Of a stretch of 35,614 bases of DNA, positions 33,987 through 35,614 are shown one piece after another. Below the pieces are notes generated by a model. The model searched no databases and was not told the DNA's origin. It saw nothing but the letters and a program-made list of their open reading frames with translations. Made by a program: the position numbers and the translations under genes. The DNA is from a virus: UHGV virus genome UHGV-0227898; one strand, given 5' to 3'. How positions within the stretch are numbered: the first letter of the stretch is position 1; every line of letters begins with the position of its first letter.

Positions 33987-35593
33987 TTTCGTTCCTCGCC
34001 TTCTTTCTGATGTGGGCGGAACGGATGCAGTGGAATGTACCGGACTGTCACTATAAGGCCTGCCACTGGCTGGAGCATCGCGGAAATCTCGCGGTGCTTC
34101 GCTGTTTCCGTGGGTTCGGTAAATCGACGATTCTCGCTGTCTACAATGCCTGGCGGTATTACTGCGACCGTCAGTACCGTATTTTGCACCAGTCTGAATC
34201 TGATGGTACCGCGTATAAAACCAGCCGTGACACCCAGAACGTTCTGCGCAACCATCCGTTGACTAAAGGCATGCTGCCGGACGGGCAGGGGACGGTAGAG
34301 CAGTGGTGGGTTAATGGCGCGCTGGATTTACGTAACGGCAGCATGTACGCCAAAGGCATTCTGTCTAACGTTACCTCCGCCCGCGCAAATGAATGCCAGA
34401 ACGATGACGTAGAGGTACCCCGCAATATCCAGACGCCAGAGGCGCGTGAAAAGCTGCGCTATCGCCTGGGTGAGCAAACTCACATTCTGATCCCAGGCGG
34501 CCGAAAGCTCTACATTGGCACGCCGCACACGCATGACAGCCTTTATGATGAGGTGGAGTCTATGGGCGCTGACTGCCTAACCATCCGGCTGTTTGAGAAA
34601 GAAAAACGCGTTGAAGCGAAAGACGCCACGCAGCTGCACTACGAGTTATCTTTCAGGCCAGAGTACGTTTTCGCGGGCATCCATAAAGCGGCGCGGCTCC
34701 TGGTCGAAGATGTCGATTATAAAATTACGGCCGGCGGCGTTGAGTTTGCATCGGCGCCGGATACTGTTATCGATTTTTATGCAGATTGCGCCTGGCCTGA
34801 GCGATTCACCCGGGAGGAAATGGAGAATCGTCGTAAAGAAACGCGCACCATTAACGAGTGGGATAGTCAGTATCAGCTGCACAGTAAGCCCGTTGGCGAC
34901 GTTCGTCTCGATCCTGACCGTATTCGTGAGTACAACATCCACCCGCAGATCCGCTATGCGAACCGTACGGCTTCGCTCTGGCTGGGTAACGTGCAAATCG
35001 TTGGCGCTGTCGCCTGGTGGGATGTGGCCACAGGTAAAGTTAAGGCTGATGCTTCGGCGTTCTCGCTGATGCTGACGGATGCAAGAGGGCATTTGTACTG
35101 GCACATTTGCCAGGAGCTTACGGGGGAGTTGGCAGAGTTTGACGATAACGACAAAATCACCGGCGGGCAGGTGGCGCAGATCAAAGAGCTGGTGCTCAAA
35201 TATCAGATCCCGGTTGTATGCGTTGAGGTAAATGGCCCCGGCAGCTTCGCAGGTAAATTGCTGCGTCAGGCGCTCAAAGGTACCGGGTGCGGCGTACGTG
35301 AAGAATTCAGCATCACTAACAAGCAAAAGCGCATCCTTGATGCATTTGAAGCGCCGTTGTCGTCACGGTTCCTGTGGGCGCATACCGACGTGCTAGACGG
35401 CCCTGTCTATGATCAGATGCGGGACTTTAACCCGGCGCTGACCAACCAGCCAGATGACTTTATCGACTCAGGCGCTGGCGCTATCAGTCAGACCCCAGTG
35501 CGTATCGGGAAAGTGGTCGGGATTCCGACCGGGCAGTCGCGCGAACATTGGCAGTTAAGTGACGGAGACCATGAGGTCGAAGTCGATTACTAA
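33983..35593 (+). CDS. Terminase large subunit (T7 gp19-like ATPase/nuclease)
   Basis: 536 aa. Walker A-like GFGKST in the N-terminal ATPase; acidic nuclease-type residues in the C-terminal half; terminal gene of the block. Confidence 0.8.
   Translation: MISFLAFFLMWAERMQWNVPDCHYKACHWLEHRGNLAVLRCFRGFGKSTILAVYNAWRYYCDRQYRILHQSESDGTAYKTSRDTQNVLRNHPLTKGMLPDGQGTVEQWWVNGALDLRNGSMYAKGILSNVTSARANECQNDDVEVPRNIQTPEAREKLRYRLGEQTHILIPGGRKLYIGTPHTHDSLYDEVESMGADCLTIRLFEKEKRVEAKDATQLHYELSFRPEYVFAGIHKAARLLVEDVDYKITAGGVEFASAPDTVIDFYADCAWPERFTREEMENRRKETRTINEWDSQYQLHSKPVGDVRLDPDRIREYNIHPQIRYANRTASLWLGNVQIVGAVAWWDVATGKVKADASAFSLMLTDARGHLYWHICQELTGELAEFDDNDKITGGQVAQIKELVLKYQIPVVCVEVNGPGSFAGKLLRQALKGTGCGVREEFSITNKQKRILDAFEAPLSSRFLWAHTDVLDGPVYDQMRDFNPALTNQPDDFIDSGAGAISQTPVRIGKVVGIPTGQSREHWQLSDGDHEVEVDY
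35515..35530. repeat. Copy 4 of GGTCGGGATTCCGACC, inside the terL coding sequence (encoding VVGIPTG) 63 bp before its stop
   Basis: Exact 16-mer. Confidence 0.9.
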
Positions 35594-35614
35594 CCCTGCC
35601 AGAGGTTCAGCACT

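Noticed and set aside
1-35614. CRISPR array, IS element or transposase, toxin-antitoxin pair, phage RNA polymerase
   Set aside because: No spaced direct-repeat array and no transposase-like ORF or terminal inverted repeats. No large (about 880 aa) single-subunit RNAP ORF. The GNAT has no adjacent small antitoxin-like gene.

Overview
This 35.6-kb window reads as an almost complete genome of a temperate, mosaic podovirus-like phage of an enterobacterial host (GC about 50%). It is not ordinary chromosome.

Gene order:
- 1-2778: tail fibre with a T7 gp17-like N-terminal adaptor and a beta-helix C-terminus.
- 2800-4753 (minus strand): an AT-rich cassette with an Acyltransferase_3 O-antigen-acylase-like gene and a PhyH-like dioxygenase-like gene.
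- 4902-6132: a phage-21-type lysis cassette (pinholin with an MRM dual start, SAR endolysin, overlapping Rz/Rz1).
- About 6150-6450: an attP-like region with a tRNA 3'-end fragment, a terminator, arm-type repeats and a sib-like hairpin.
- 6449-7697: tyrosine integrase and excisionase.
- 7698-11400: leftward early operon, including a 741-aa protein that ends in a Rad52-family annealing domain.
- 11401-12489: lambda-like immunity region (pL-like promoter, cI, pR-like promoter).
- 12490-15858: cro, a CII-position gene, an O-like initiator with iterons, and a DnaB-family helicase.
- 15900-19562: nin-like region of small genes, including a YbcO-like nuclease.
- 19599-35593: a T7-like late module in T7 order (gp6.7-like, portal, scaffold, capsid, tail tubular A and B, internal virion proteins with a lytic transglycosylase domain, small and large terminase).

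No phage RNA polymerase is present. This appears to be a lambda-regulated, integrating T7-like phage whose late genes must be served by host RNAP.

The most striking unexplained signals:
- A perfect 16-bp palindrome GGTCGGGATTCCGACC occurs four times, each at the head of a late transcription unit (lysis, capsid, small terminase, 3' end of large terminase).
- A conserved translation-initiation cassette CGAGGAAAGACCAAC is used by at least six early genes on both strands.
- A GNAT acetyltransferase occupies exactly the T7 gp13 (internal virion protein A) slot.
- The 400-nt pL leader is dense with structure (hairpin, 3-codon mini-ORF, 18-bp direct repeats, a possible OOP-like antisense RNA).
- The small-terminase SD is buried in a terminator hairpin that abuts its start codon.

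All protein-family calls come from reading motifs and comparing with sequences recalled from memory (T7 gp6.7/8/9/14/17/19, S21/R21, YbcO, Acyltransferase_3, GNAT, Rad52). No database search was run.
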